From Octopus sinensis (lineage: Eukaryota): DNA of 64,000 nucleotides. Position numbers and translations under genes: made by a program. Below the pieces are notes generated by a model. That model made no database searches. It saw only the letters and a list, made by a program, of their open reading frames with translations, and had not been told where the DNA came from. Below, piece after piece: positions 23,714 through 38,200 of this stretch. Every line of letters starts with the position of its first letter. The first letter of the stretch is position 1. Where the stretch lies: contig NC_042997.1 in assembly GCF_006345805.1 (NCBI RefSeq), positions 145,576,001 through 145,640,000 of the forward strand. The letters are read 5' to 3'.

Positions 23714-23944
23714 CGTATGTATATATATGTGTGTATATGCTTGTGTGTTTGTGTTTGTACCCCAACATCGCTTGACAACCGTTGCTGGTGTGTTTACGTC
23801 CCCGTAACTTAGCGGTTCGACAAAAGAAACTGATAGAATAAGCACTAGGCTTACAAAGAATAAGTTCTGGGGCTGATTTGCGCGACTAAGAGGCGCTCCA
23901 GCAAGGCTGCAGTCAAATGACTGAAACAAGGGAAAGAATAAAAG

Positions 23945-23980
<36 letters not shown>

Positions 23981-24205
23981 CGTATGTATATATATGTGTG
24001 TATATGCTTGTGTGTTTGTGTTTGTACCCCAACATCGCTTGACAACCGTTGCTGGTGTGTTTACGTCCCCGTAACTTAGCGGTTCGACAAAAGAAACTGA
24101 TAGAATAAGCACTAGGCTTACAAAGAATAAGTTCTGGGGCTGATTTGCGCGACTAAGAGGCGCTCCAGCAAGGCTGCAGTCAAATGACTGAAACAAGGGA
24201 AAGAA
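23527..24205 (+). mobile_element. SINE family A with a perfect 267-bp tandem duplication of its 3' half
   Basis: Head aggcgcaggagtgg at ~23527; 23703-23945 is repeated identically starting at 23970. Confidence 0.9.
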
Positions 24206-24890
24206 TAAAAGAATATATATATATATATATATATTTATATGTATATATAAGACCATTTCGATCGCACCTACAACACCCGTCTTCCTCCTTCTCTCTCCTT
24301 CTCATCCACGTCCTTGTTTTCGTCTCCCCCCCTCTTAGACATCATCATATTTCTTCTTTTTCTTCTTTCTCCTCTCCTTCCTCCACAGAACTCTTCAACT
24401 TCCCCCCCTTCTTATTCACTGTTGTTCTTTTTTCCTCCACCTCCTCACCTTCTTCCTCTTCGTTATTATTGTTGTTGTTGATGTTTTTGTTGTTGTTGTT
24501 GTTGTTGTTCTTCATCTTCTTCCTCCTCCTCCTCCTCTTCTTCTTCCTCCGCCTCTTCTTCTTCTTCTTCTTCTTCTTCTTCTTCTTCTTCTTCTTCTTC
24601 TTCTTCTTCTTCAATGCAATGCAATGCAATGCAATGCAAAACAATGCATTAAATGTCTTTCTTGCCATTGTCTTGGAGATTAGCAATCACTTTGAAAAAT
24701 ATAAATCTATTTTAATGCTATAAAGGTGGTATAACATTTAAGCAAGATTAATAGGGGAAAAGAACAAAAAATAAAACACACACCCCGTCGTATTGATTGA
24801 CATGTAGACATTTCATGCTGTACTCTATCACCACAATAATACACTAATTCATTGGCTGCTTGTTTCTCTGGGCGTGATCAAGTGATGTAC

Positions 24891-24938
24891 ACACCTCTGA
24901 TGAGATCTCAATCAGGGTCGAAAATCGATTAAGGCTGT
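24891..24938 (+). ncRNA. Minimal type I hammerhead ribozyme with palindromic stem III (predicted cleavage after UUA, A24931)
   Basis: ACACCU-CUGAUGA(24897-24903)-GAUC-loop-GGUC-GAAA(24920-24923)-AUCGAUU-A-AGG(C)UGU; stem II 4 bp, stem III palindrome AAUCGAUU (24923-24930), stem I 6 bp with one bulge. Confidence 0.75.
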
Positions 24939-25689
24939 TCATCAGTTTTTCGGTCTAAGAGAAATGGTAAATCTGACATCATAACTTGATAACGATTGAT
25001 GTGGGTTCCCTGTTGGCAACTTGTAGTATGTATATATAAATGGAATCGCTGTTCTCTGGAATTAATAGAGTGATGTAACCACTTCTGACGAACCTCCAAT
25101 AAAGGTGGAAGGTGGAAAATCGGGTGTTAATTTGGCGTGTGATCTATAACTTAAAGGGCAGTTACTTACGGTTACTTTGTAGTATACTTTTCAATTTCTT
25201 AAAACACTTAACATGTTGGCTAAGGATTTTTAACAAGAAATTCTTTTTTAAATACTTAGCATTGTGAATATATATTTTTTTAAATTCTTACTATTTTAAT
25301 AATAATAAAACCATGTTTCATTTATGTCTTGTTGTCGTTATTTGTTCCTTCTCGAGCCATACCTATCTCATAGGGGCCGGTTTCCCAGTTTCATTGGCGT
25401 ATAGATTCCCGCCTGGACGGAACGCATGCCACTGAACAATTTGCCTGGCGTGAAACCAAGAATAAACAATATAATAATCAAAATAAGCGCGTAGATCTCA
25501 CAAATTTGGCAGCCGCGAGTTTTGCAACATAAAGAAATTAAAAACTAACCTCATCTAATCGCCCTTGAAGTTGTAGATCACACATCAAAGTAGCACCGAA
25601 GATTGATTAAGGCAATTTCGCAAACTACGGAGAAGTTGGTAAATTTGACATATTTGACAAATTTGTAGGTCCACTAGGTAGGTTTTATT

Positions 25690-25885
25690 CTTTTAGCTGT
25701 TTCATTCATTTGACTACGACCATGCTGGGGCAACGCCTTTATTCGAGCAAATCGATCCCACGACCTATTTTTCGTAAGCCCGGTACTTATTCTATCGGTC
25801 TTTTTTGCTGAAAGTTACGGGGATGTACACACACTAGCATCGGTTGTCAAGCGATGCGGTGGCGGGGGAGGCGGGGGAGGAGGGG

Positions 25886-25918
<33 letters not shown>

Positions 25919-26072
25919 CGACGGGCTTTTTTCAGTTTCCGTCTACCAAATCTATTTACAAGGCTTCGGTCGACCGAGAAGATATTTGCCTAAGGTGCCA
26001 TGCAGTGGGACTGAACTCGGAACCATGTGGCTGGTAAGCAAGCTACTTACCACACAGCCACTCCTGCGCCTA
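25690..26072 (-). mobile_element. SINE family A, near full length
   Basis: Consensus tail at ~25690 through head accacacagccactcctgcgcct at ~26072, with an internal (CA)n/(TA)n tract. Confidence 0.9.
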
Positions 26073-26949
26073 TGTACATGATTTTGAAAAAACTATTCAG
26101 TTTTAAGTCAACTCTGATAAAGCACTCCTCTGATTAAAGGCATGCCAACTATGAAGCCCTGATGTTTCTGTTCAGATTCAGCGCACCTCATTTTACTTTA
26201 TCCTATCCCTTCCCTTTTTAAGCCGGCAAGTTATAACTTCAGAGAAATTATGCTGCTATTTCTTACAGAACAATTGATCTCGCAGAGGCTTCCTCATTGG
26301 TTTGAGATCGATAGACAAATGCAAATTTCAGTGTTCATATATCTCCTAAATCATTTTGACGATCATCAAATTCTCTCGTCCGTTCTAATCCTTTCCTTAT
26401 CTGAACTGATAACGACTAACATCATTAACATTTAAATCATTTGTCTTGTAGTCTTCATTATAGAAGCATATGATAAATGTTTCTTAAGTGTCTATTGAAT
26501 ATGCTATGCTCGAATTAGCAACAGTTACCATGTCTATTATGAAACAAACTATCCACGCCTTCACTACATTGCCGATTCTTAATTTAAATTAATCAAAACT
26601 TTGGTTGCGTAGACGCATTTCAAAGTTATTTTTCATTTTGATTTTGAGTTGTCTCCCTTGCCATTGTTTGGTTCATTTAGTAACCTCCTACACGATACAG
26701 TTTGTAATCTTTATCAGTGAAGGTTATTGTGCTCCTCACATTCAGTGTGTTTTCACAGATACTTCACTAGATTCCGTTAAAGTATAGATTTTCGCAGTAA
26801 GCAACGTTTGCAGAAATTTATAAACCACATTAGAAAAGCTTATGAACTTGAGAAACATGAAATAAAAACTGACACGGATCTCTCCCCAAGGATTATTGGA
26901 AAATACTACGTAACACAATAACAAATTTAAAATGTAGAAAATAAACCTT

Positions 26950-27330
26950 TTAACTGAGAAGGTTGAACATTGGGACATGAAATGGAAAACATAGACACTG
27001 TAGGGAATAAATCCCGTTATAATCCTGGAATGAAGTGCCAACAAATTTAGGAAGGGAACTCTATTCCATTCAAAAGCAAGTAATTACTATAAATTAGCGA
27101 TTGCACAGAAGACAGAAAGCGTTATCAGACAATAGATGTAAACGTAAAACAAAAATGGAGTCTGAAAAATATTTGCTGCGTCATTACTAAGTGTAAAGGA
27201 AAAGATCCATGAAATAGTTTCTCAGTGAAGTGATGTTGTAGCTAGCCAAAAGCTATCGTAAGAATAAATTCACAACAACCACATCAGACAGACATAACAG
27301 AATCAACAGATTAAAAGGATATACTGTAGT
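26950..27330 (+). pseudogene. Possible very decayed Penelope-like RT-EN linker
   Basis: Only short stretches resemble PLE motifs: NEVPTNLGREL (V.TN.GR.F), CKGKDP and LSEVMxxLAK. Many stops. Confidence 0.25.
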
Positions 27331-28141
27331 TAATGGCATTATAATAATCACACTTTCCCTCTAAAATGTCTCAAAATTTCACCCGAGTCCTATGTGCGAA
27401 GTTGGGCTTTCCATAAACTGTTTTAGTGCACTAAAAATGTTTTATCCAGAATATACACTGCTGAAACTGAGATGCGTCTTGTATGCCCGTGCGACTCTCA
27501 TGTCGTCGAATACGGTAGGTAGAAGCAAAAAGAAAGGAAAACACAATTGATAAAATATTGTTTAGGGAGAATAGGAAAAATAGGAATGCAAAAGTGCTCT
27601 GCTGAGGCAGTCAGTGACCCATTTGAGAATACCAATGCGGTTTTCAAATATTGCTAGAAAAAGGAAACCCCTAATCATAACCGATTAAGCTTTTATAAAT
27701 CCAATAACGAGATGCAGTCCTATCTTTATAACGATTTTCTTTGGACCTAAAGGGTATGTAATAAACCGCATGGTTAGATCAAATTATGGTAGAGCTAGAA
27801 TTCGCGATTAAAGAACCATGGATCTAGAATTCATGGGTTAGATATTATCACTATATTCAGGATAATGGAAAATTTTAAGATCTTAGAGTTTAAAAGTTAA
27901 CTGGATAGTCAAAAATGGACGAAAAGGAGAAGAAAGAAGCATCGTTTTTTTGTTTTCTCTTGTTCATTTTTTCTTTGCAATATTGCCATTATGATGGCCA
28001 AAGGGTTGGTTAAAAGATCAATAAAATCCAATCACAAAGTGAACCATACATTTTAGGTGTGAATGCGTATATCTCTTCTTTTCCTTCTGTCTGTTTGTCT
28101 GCTCTTCTCTCTCTCTCCCTCTCTCTCTCTCTCCCTCTCTC

Positions 28142-28180
<39 letters not shown>

Positions 28181-28509
28181 GTTTGTCACTCACTCCTGTA
28201 TGTATCGATGGTTTGTATGTATATCATTATTCAATTTTATTTCAAGATTTCTAGCCTATAGAGAAAGAGCCGATTTCTAACCTAGATCCCAGACTCCTTC
28301 ATTGAAATTTCAACATCAGCAGACTTGTATGTTTTGTTTGTGTATGTATTTTTATGTTTTGTTTGTGTATGACATTCTCATATATACCTAAATGATAAAA
28401 TTCTGGAAAGTTTTACAGACTTTTACAGTTCCACTGATGGCGTGAATCAGTAGTCTTCGAATCAGCTTTCGCCTTTCCCCTATGTATGTATGTATATATG
28501 TATGTATGA

Positions 28510-28540
<31 letters not shown>

Positions 28541-29629
28541 TGTATGTATGTATGTATGTATGTATGTATGTATGTATGAATGAATGAATGTATGTATGTA
28601 TGTATGTATGTATGTATGTATGTATGTATGTATGTATGTATGTATGTATGTATGTTTGGATTCATAGCTCGAATCCATTCGAGTTCGGACTATTACCCTT
28701 CTAGGTATGATAAGTGCATCGCGCTTCGCTTGTAAGTTTCATTTTGGCTGGATTCTCTCTGTAGCAGTAAGCACTTTACTGGTTGTGTTGGGAATATTTC
28801 ATCGTGGCCCCAGTAGCGTATACATTGTCATGTACTCGAGAAGTCAAGATAAAAGGATGCTACTATACCTACGATGTCTTTTCTCATTCTTCAACTACAT
28901 CACAAAGTATCTAAGATGCTTTAAAGGCTATCTAGTCGATAATACAAAACTAGAGGGTCTTTTCGAAACCTATGATGTTTCTGCTCAATTGCCAACCTCG
29001 TTACAGAGTGCAATGGGTACGTTTGATGATGGTTCAAGTGCTAATGAGGTTGCTTGAACCCAGTAGAGCAGAAGAGATACTCATTCTTTCTCCTTGTCCC
29101 TGTTCGTTCAGTGTAAGATGACTAAAGGAGCAGGCAGTTCGGAAGATAATCGTAAGTGGAAGAAAACAGGATACGAGGGTGAAACTGATTGACTGGAATA
29201 ATAGTGTGGAAGAAGAGGGGTACATGGGAGAGAGAGAGTATTAGAAGAGTAATGATGAGAGAAGTAAAGGCAAGCTGTAGAGATACTATGTCAGTACATA
29301 TATGCAGGTAATAGAGAGGAAATTGATGGATAGTCGTACAAACAGATAGTGGTGAGAGAGAGAGAGTGATTGATGTCAACAACGAGTGACCTTGAGGAGA
29401 AGGAATGGCATTTAGCAGTACATAAGGAGGTTATAGTTGTGTTAACTAGAAAGAGAGATCATTAGTAATGGATAGCCGGGATAGCGATGGAAAATGAATG
29501 ATAAATGCTAATAAGAGAATGACCTGAAAAATAGGGAATGATAGAGAGCAGGAAGGAGGGAGTGAGGCTAACTGGAGAAGCTTATCAGATATTAATAGAT
29601 CCTGTGCAGTCACTAATTTCTCAGGTAAC

Positions 29630-30290
29630 TATTTCTTTACTACCCACAAGGGGCTAAACACAGGGAGGACAAACAAGGGCCGACAAACGGATTAAGTCGA
29701 TTATATCGAGCCCAGTACGTAACTGGTACTTATTTAATCGACCCCGAAAGGATGAATGGCAAAGTCGACCTCGGTGGAATTTGAACTCAGAACGTAACTG
29801 TAGACGAAATACCTATTTCTTTACTACCCACAAGGGGCTAAACACAGGGAGGACAAACAAGGGCCGACAAACGGATTAAGTCGATTATATCGACCCCAGT
29901 GCGTAACTGGTACTTATTTAATCGACCCCGAAAGGATGAAAGGCAAAGTCGACCTCGGCGGAATTTGAACTCAGAACGTAGCGACAGACGAAATACGGCT
30001 ACGCATTTCGCCCGGCGTGCTAACGTTTCTGCCAGCTCGCCGCCTTTTGTGACCGTAGACGAAATACCTATTTCTTTATTACCCACAAGGGGCTAAACAC
30101 AGAGCGGACAAACAAGGACAGACATAGGTATTAAGTCGATTAGATCGACCCCAGTGCGTAACTGGTACTTAATTTATCGACCCCGAAAGGATGAAAGGCA
30201 AAGTCGACCTCGGTGGAATTTGAACCCAGAACGTAACCGTAGACGAAATACCGTTAAGCATTTCGCCCGGCGTGCTAAAGTTTCTCAGGC
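29630..30290 (-). mobile_element. Three head-to-tail copies of SINE family B
   Basis: Tail ctatttctttactacccacaagggg starts at ~29630, 29813 and 30068; the middle copy runs to the head gccagctcgccgcctt at ~30046. Confidence 0.92.
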
Positions 30291-30797
30291 ATCATAATAT
30301 AAAGGACACACGGGTGGCAGATGATGCGTTGCAGATAAAAGCGAGAGGGTGAGTGACGGGTAATTTTAGAACAAGACGGTTGTGGGGAAATGATGATCGA
30401 TATGGTGCAGTGAATAAGAGGGGTAAAATAGAAGGATGAGGGTTTCGAATAACACAGGAGTGGCAGCAAGTAGAGATTTAGCATGACCAAAATGGACACA
30501 CCGTCCAGTTGCTTATGTTTATATATATTATATATTAATGCATTTTATGTATTATGGGTACTTTAATATACATTCCGCTATGCTGGCATCAACCCTTGTC
30601 ATATCCTCTATTCTCGAGAACAGTCTTTACTACTGCATCCCAAGTTTTCCTTGGTCTCCCCCTTCCTCAGTTTTCATTCACTTTGAGTGTTTGACAATCC
30701 CTTATCTATATTAGCCTTTATATACATCAAATGCAGACCTCCCTTTTTCGCACTACTCCTAATTCTTCTTATATCCAGTTTTTTTCTCAACTTATTT

Positions 30798-31097
30798 CAG
30801 TGGTTCTCAACCGGGATCCATATGGCCCTTGAGGAACCATATAAGATTTTTGAAATTTTTGAAAAACTTTTACTATAGATGTATGTATTGGAATATTTAT
30901 TGCAAGAAACAGCTGGGTTTCTTTCTATAACATTTTACATAGTTCAACCTACACGAATTAACGTGTGAATAACTAAATAGGAATTTGAAAGAAATTTCTA
31001 TAAAACTAGATTTTAAACATCGAATAACTGTGGGGTCACCAAGATAAAATAGTAATCAAAATGAGTCCATAGACTGAAAATGTTTGAGAACCCATAG
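30798..31097. mobile_element. hAT/Charlie-type MITE
   Basis: Termini cagtggttctcaacc ... gtttgagaacccatag. Confidence 0.75.
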
Positions 31098-31339
31098 CTT
31101 ATTTGTATTACGTCAATCTTGTGAAGCATGCCGACTTCATTTCTTTCCAGGCTTCCCAAAATCTTTGTTTTCAAGCTCCAGTTTCATTATTATGCAGCCT
31201 ATTAACTTGCATACAAAAGTGCTACCATCCGATTTTCGTTGAGGGAAAAACTGAAAGATAAATTCCTAAAGGTTTTCTAACCTTTGTTTACTCCAATAAC
31301 AGTGCTTTGAGGACACTCACCCACAACAACTAATCAGGT

Positions 31340-32170
31340 AATACTACATAAAAGAAACTATCTTTTATGACTAAGGAATCGTCTTGGCATTTGAGACAAT
31401 CTATTTCCTGCAATACCTTAGCTTTCATTGTGTCAATGCACCTGCCGCATGTGAAGTCAGACTTTTCTGCTAGAGCTCCTGTTATCTTTCAACACCTCCT
31501 ATGCGTTCATTGTTTATACTGGGAACACTCTACTGACTTTTGCATCAACCACTTCTCTGTATATCGACCAATACCAGTTCCCTGGTAATAATAGAGTCTT
31601 GTCTTCTTTACTGCTTACCATAGCTTTAGTTACTGCTAAGATTACATTAATGATCTTCCATTCCAAATTTTACTTCAATGTCTGAAATTTCTTCTAATAT
31701 TCTACAGTTTTAACCTCCAGGACAAGATCATCAGCATAGAGAAGTTCCCAGGAATAGCTAGTCTTAAAGTCCTTCGTTATGGTTTGTAGAATAATCGGGG
31801 GCTGAATAGTGAGCTCTGATGAACGAATTTACCTGCACACTAAATTCGTTGTTGAAGACTTTGTTGACACCCACCTTGCTAACTGCACTTCTAAGCATCG
31901 CTTGTACGACTTCCATAAGACATTCGTCTAACCTTAGCTTCCTTAGCAACCACCAGATCTTAAGGCGAGGAAAGCCGTTCAAGGCCCTTTTCAGGACTAA
32001 GAGTGATATATAGGGATACATCTCTTGCAATTGCCCCACCAGGAATACGACATCAGTAGTACCACTTCCTGGCACGAAGTCGAACCACATATCATCTAGG
32101 TCAGTCTTAGAGTTTTGCAAAAACTCTTTCCAGGACTTTCATAACCTTGGTCCAATTTGCTCCCTGTTAT
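31340..32170 (-). pseudogene. RTE (BovB-like) LINE reverse-transcriptase fragment
   Basis: WFDFVPGSGTTDVVFLVGQLQE (QFGFxPGRxTTDAIFxxRQLQE), WWLLRKLRLDECLMEVVQAM, FSVQV, SWELLYADDLVL (YADD). Confidence 0.9.
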
Positions 32171-32842
32171 CTGTAGCCCAACACTTTTGCTTTTGTAACA
32201 TTTATGCTGATGGTGTTATTCCATATATTGGCTATGAAACATATTTGTGTTTGTCTGTCCGTGAGTCTCTCTATCAGCCTGCCTGTTGTCTGTCAGTTTG
32301 TCTGTCCGTCTCGGCCGGAAATAAATAAGACAAATTTGAATTTATTCAGAATAGTCACTCTCGACAACAAAGACATAATCCAAATTGTACATATTTCTGC
32401 ATCGAATAACAACTACGGAAGGTGCCAACAATAACATCTTTAGCTATACTCAGAGTTATTAATATAATTGTTTTTCAAAATATCCCAGTAATGCATCATA
32501 AGTAGGAATCTGCTAGAGTATTCTATAAACTAGATTTAAAGAAATTGATGTAAAAGTGCTCAAGGTAAACATATTAGAATAAAATATACACTTCATTGTT
32601 TTTTTTTTATTTTTTATATCAGTTATATCGCCCTAAGCTTTGGTTTAGGAGCACTTTAGTGGATTCCTGCTTCTGAATTCCTGATGTATTTTTGAGGATG
32701 TATGTGTGTGTATGTGTATGTATATGTATATATTCATATGTATATAAATGTGCATGTATGTATGTATATATATACATATATATATACACATATATAGATG
32801 TACTTATATATACATATACATACATCTACCACACACACACAC

Positions 32843-32874
<32 letters not shown>

Positions 32875-32889
32875 GTATGTATGTATGTA

Positions 32890-33000
<111 letters not shown>

Positions 33001-33180
33001 GTATTCAGAGAGAGAAGCGGATGGAGAGCAAGCGATACAAATTGGTATACAATAATTTTATTGTTCGCAGAGAAAAAAAAATGACAATCAACATAGCTAA
33101 TGTGCTTTTACATGTCTCTGTTACATTCAATCAAACATTCACCACTGCTCTTTTGAGGAAGTAAGGTATTTTTTTTTGCA

Positions 33181-33212
<32 letters not shown>

Positions 33213-33298
33213 AGTGTGTGTGTGTGGTGTGTGTGTGTGTGTGCATATGTATATGTATATGTGTGTATATATATATTATATATATATATATATATATC

Positions 33299-33378
<80 letters not shown>

Positions 33379-34029
33379 ATATTATATATTTATATGTATG
33401 TATGTATATGTATCAGTTCAGTGATTCTTAAGTAGTAAGACGATGCAATAACGGACGGATTTGGTAAGGCAGAAGGGAGAGAGAGAAAGAGAGAAAGGGA
33501 GAAAGAGAGAGAGAGAAAGAGAGAAAGGGAGAAAGAGAGAGAGAGAGAGAGATGATAGAGATAGAGAGAAATAGAGAGAGAAAGAGAGAAAGGGAGAAAG
33601 AGAGAGAGAGAAAGAGAGAGAGAGAAGAGAGAGAGAGAAGAGAGAGAGAGTAGTTTGTGTGTAAAGATGTGTGTTAGTTGCGTCTGGAACCATTTGAAAA
33701 CTTGGCATTATGTTTCCAGGGGATTATCGAGATGTAAACGTTGTCTAGTCAATAAATATGGAAAGTAGTTCATGGCCTCCGCCGTCGACGCAGTAAGAAA
33801 GAAAATGGCAATACAGAAGCAATGAAGGAGTGGTTCTTTGGTTGGAAGTCTGCGTCTCAACTACCGAGATTCTGGCTTCAGTCTCTCTGCGCGGAACCTT
33901 GGGCAAATATCTTCTAATATTGACCCCGCGCCGAGCAGAGCCTTGAGAGTGGATTTGGTTGACGGAAACTGAAAAAAAGCGCATCGTATTTGAGTGGAGT
34001 GTGTGTGTATATATATCTGAGTCTGAGAA

Positions 34030-34348
34030 CCCCTTCGGTGACGACTCTGACCATGGGATTGCACCTAGAAGAGTTACCCTCCCAGTCACAAGTCCGGGCA
34101 AGGTTGTTTATGGAAGACCAGCAGTCAGCCATGCATACAGGCCTCCCTTCTCCACGCCACCAATATTATCTAAGGGAAAGGCAAGGGCCGATACAGCTTG
34201 GCAGCTGTGATGTCGCAACTCATTTCTACAGCTGAGTGAACTGGAGCAACGTGAAATAAAGTGTCTTGCTCAATTCCGGTCTGGGATTCGAGCTCACAAT
34301 CTCACGATCGTAAGCTCGACGCTCTAACCACTGAGCCATGCGCCTTCA
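34030..34348 (-). mobile_element. tRNA-derived SINE, family C
   Basis: Reverse complement aligns with 11869-12200 (head gtgaaggcgcatggctcagtggttagagcgtcg). Confidence 0.8.
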
Positions 34349-34411
34349 CTCTGTGTGTGTATGTGCGTGTGTGTGCATGTGTGTATGTATGTATGTATGT
34401 ATGTATGTATG

Positions 34412-34443
<32 letters not shown>

Positions 34444-35399
34444 TGTATGTATGTATGTGTGTGTTTGTGTTTGTCTCTCACCATCACTTGAAGACCGGTG
34501 TTGGTGTGTATACGTTCCCATGACTTAGCGGTTTGGCAAAAGCAAGCGATAAAATAAGTATCAGGCTGCAAATAAATAAATAAAATTCTAGGGTCGATGC
34601 ATTCGACTAAAATTCTTCAAAGCAGTACTCCAGCATGGCCGCATTCGAAATGACTAAAAACAAAACTAGAAGAGAGAAGATAAAATAATTTCAGTAAGCG
34701 TCTTCATAGCAGGTACTCGGATAACTAGTACTCCAATAACCAGTACTCCGTTAAGTAGTACTCCATGCCCGTCGCTATGGGAGTGCACTGGACGGCCCTT
34801 CCCCAGTCACTATTCAATGGTGCAGCCCCCGCAGTTTTACAGTGATACACTTATTTCGAAACTTAGCTTTAACATTATTATCACAAATTAATAAGGAGGC
34901 GAGCTGGCAGAATTGTTATCACACCGAGCGAAATGATTAGCGGCATTTCGTCCGTCTTCACGTTTTGAGTTCAAATTCCGCCGAGGTCGGCTTTGCTTTT
35001 CATCCTTCCGGAGTCGATACAATAAGTACCGTTCTTTACTTCAGCTTTATTATTGTTCTTATTTATAGTGTCCTTTGCCATAAATCTTTCGCCACACGTC
35101 CTGTAACCGCTTCAACGTCTCTCCATCTCACGTATCACTTCCTGTCCCGTTTAACCCATTCAAGAATGAACTTTTACTTAGATTATACTTTATTTCTTCC
35201 TATTTTTTCTCATTTCTATATTCAGAATGCTAATGTATATACTGATGTATATAGTTTTAATGTGTTTTGTAAGGTGATAACTAATTCAAAAAGCGATGAT
35301 GACATATCCGACAACCCTTCAGTATCCTGATGTTTGTGTGAAAGTTTTTCATCATAGAAGTGTGCGATTATGATTATTCATAAGCTAAGCAGCAAGAAT

Positions 35400-36435
35400 T
35401 GCAATAATCCTTTCTAATCTAGGCACAAGGCCTGAAATTAGAAGGGAGGGTAGTAGTCGATTACATCGACCCCAGTGTGTCACTGGTACTTAATTTATTG
35501 ACTCCGAAAGGATGACTGGCGAAGCTGACCTTAATGGGATTTGAACTCAGGACGTAGCAACGGGCGTAATATAGCGCTAAGTATTTTGTTCAATGTGCTA
35601 ATATCTGCCAGCTCGGCGCCTTTGTTTGAACTGTAATAATCCATTCTACTGGAGGCACAAGGCCTAAGATTTGTTGGGTGGGGACTAGTCGATTTTATCG
35701 ACTAGTGCGTAACTGGTACTTAATTTATCGTCCCCGAAATGATGACAGGCAAAGTCGACATCGGTGGAATTTGAACTCAGAACGTAGCGACGGGCGAAAT
35801 ACCTATTTCTTTACTACCCACAAGGGACTAAACACAGAGAGGACAAACAAGAAGAGACAAACGGATTAAATCGATTATATCGACCCCAGTGCGTAACTGG
35901 TACTTATTTAACCGACCCTGAAAGGATGAAAGACAAAGTCGACCTCGGCGGAATTTGAATTTAGAACGTAACGGCAGACGAAATACCGCTAAGTATTTTG
36001 TTCAGTGTGCTAATATCTGCCAGCTCGCCGCCTTTGTAAGAACTGTAATAATCCTGGGTGGGGACTAGTCGATTATCTCGACACCACTGTTTCACTATCA
36101 CTTAATTTATCGTCCCCGAAAGGATGAAAAGCAAAATCGACCTCGGTGGAATTTGAACTCAGAACGTAGCGACGGGCGAAATACCACTAAGCGTTTCGCT
36201 CGGCGTGCTAACGACTCTGCCAGCTCACCATCATTGTTAGAACTGTAATAATGGCTTCAAATTTTGGCCCAATGCTAGCAAGTTTAAGGAATGGGGGTAA
36301 GTCGATTGTATTTACCCCAGTGCTCAACTGGTACGCATTTTATCGATCCTGAAAGGATGAAAGGTAAAGTCGACCCCGGTGGATTTTGAACCCAGAAGGT
36401 ACAGACGGACGAAACAACGCTAAGCATTTAGGCTG
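35400..36435 (-). mobile_element. Array of about five head-to-tail SINE family B copies
   Basis: Repeated gtcgatt...cgaccccagt...aaggatga...gtcgacctcggtggaatttgaactcagaacg at ~35460, 35690, 35875, 36070 and 36300. Confidence 0.9.
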
Positions 36436-37298
36436 CACGCCGCCTTCGCAAAAACAGTAATGATAACAACTCCGACAATAGAGCTTCTACATGGCCGCTA
36501 GACATAGCAGCGATGTCGCCATGAACCTCACCGTAATGTTTTGAATGTATGAATAATGTAAACTTGCATACTCCTAAAGAGGTATGATTGACAAGAATAA
36601 AGAATCTTACGTCATAGCTTTTGCTCGTTCAGAGTTGACCTGCAGCTGAACAACAACAACAACAGCAACAACAATAATGATTAACAACAGCAGCACCACA
36701 ACCATCACTTGTCCCTCCACAACCAACACCAACACCAACAACAACAACAACAACAACCACACATACAACCAACAACGCTGCCAATACTGCTAACAACCAT
36801 CAGTACCATCACAAATCACCACAACAACAGCAGCAGCAGCAGCATTTATCATAACCACCACCACCACCACCACCACCACCACTGCCATCACTATCACCAC
36901 CACCACACCTACTATAAACAACAACAATAACAAAAGCCACAACAACAACAACAATATCGACACTAGCATGGTTTTAAATTGTCGAAAAACAGTTGCTTTT
37001 AAGTGGTGAACCAGAAGTAATTTCGCGATGAAAATTCCCTATTCTAGCCAAAATGGCTTCAGAAACATTATTTTTATTGTATTAATTATTTATAAGCCGC
37101 TGGGATCGAGATTGCCTTTCATCCTTGTGGAGTCGATAAAATAGGTAACACCCCCTAAAATATCAGGTCTTGGTGCCTCGCTTAGAGATCGTTAATAATT
37201 TATAAACTCGCCCAAGTGAAAACCACAAAAAGAGACGATTATGCCTGTATGTGCGTGTGTGTATGTGCGTGTGTGTATGTGCGTGTACGTATGTATAT

Positions 37299-37334
<36 letters not shown>

Positions 37335-37746
37335 ACACACATACACACACACATACACACACACACACACCACACACACACACACACATATATATACATA
37401 CATATTATATGCGTATGTATGTATGTATGTATGTATGTATGTATGCATGTATGTATGTATGTATGTATCTATGTATGTACGTATGCGGATGTATTAAAAA
37501 TATGCATACATAATAACACAAACATAAACAAACGCATGGATATACATAATACGTATGTACAATACGATATATTCAAATATGAATATGCTATTTTTGAAAT
37601 GAAGGAAATCTCCATCGCAGGAGGATAGCTGTGAAAACAGTTTAGAGAATTGGGTAAAAATAATGTTATAGAGGGAGTGAAGGAGCCTTGGATCTGAGTT
37701 AGATCTATTGGCAAGAAATCTTGAAATAAAATTGGATAATGGTATA

Positions 37747-38200
<454 letters not shown>

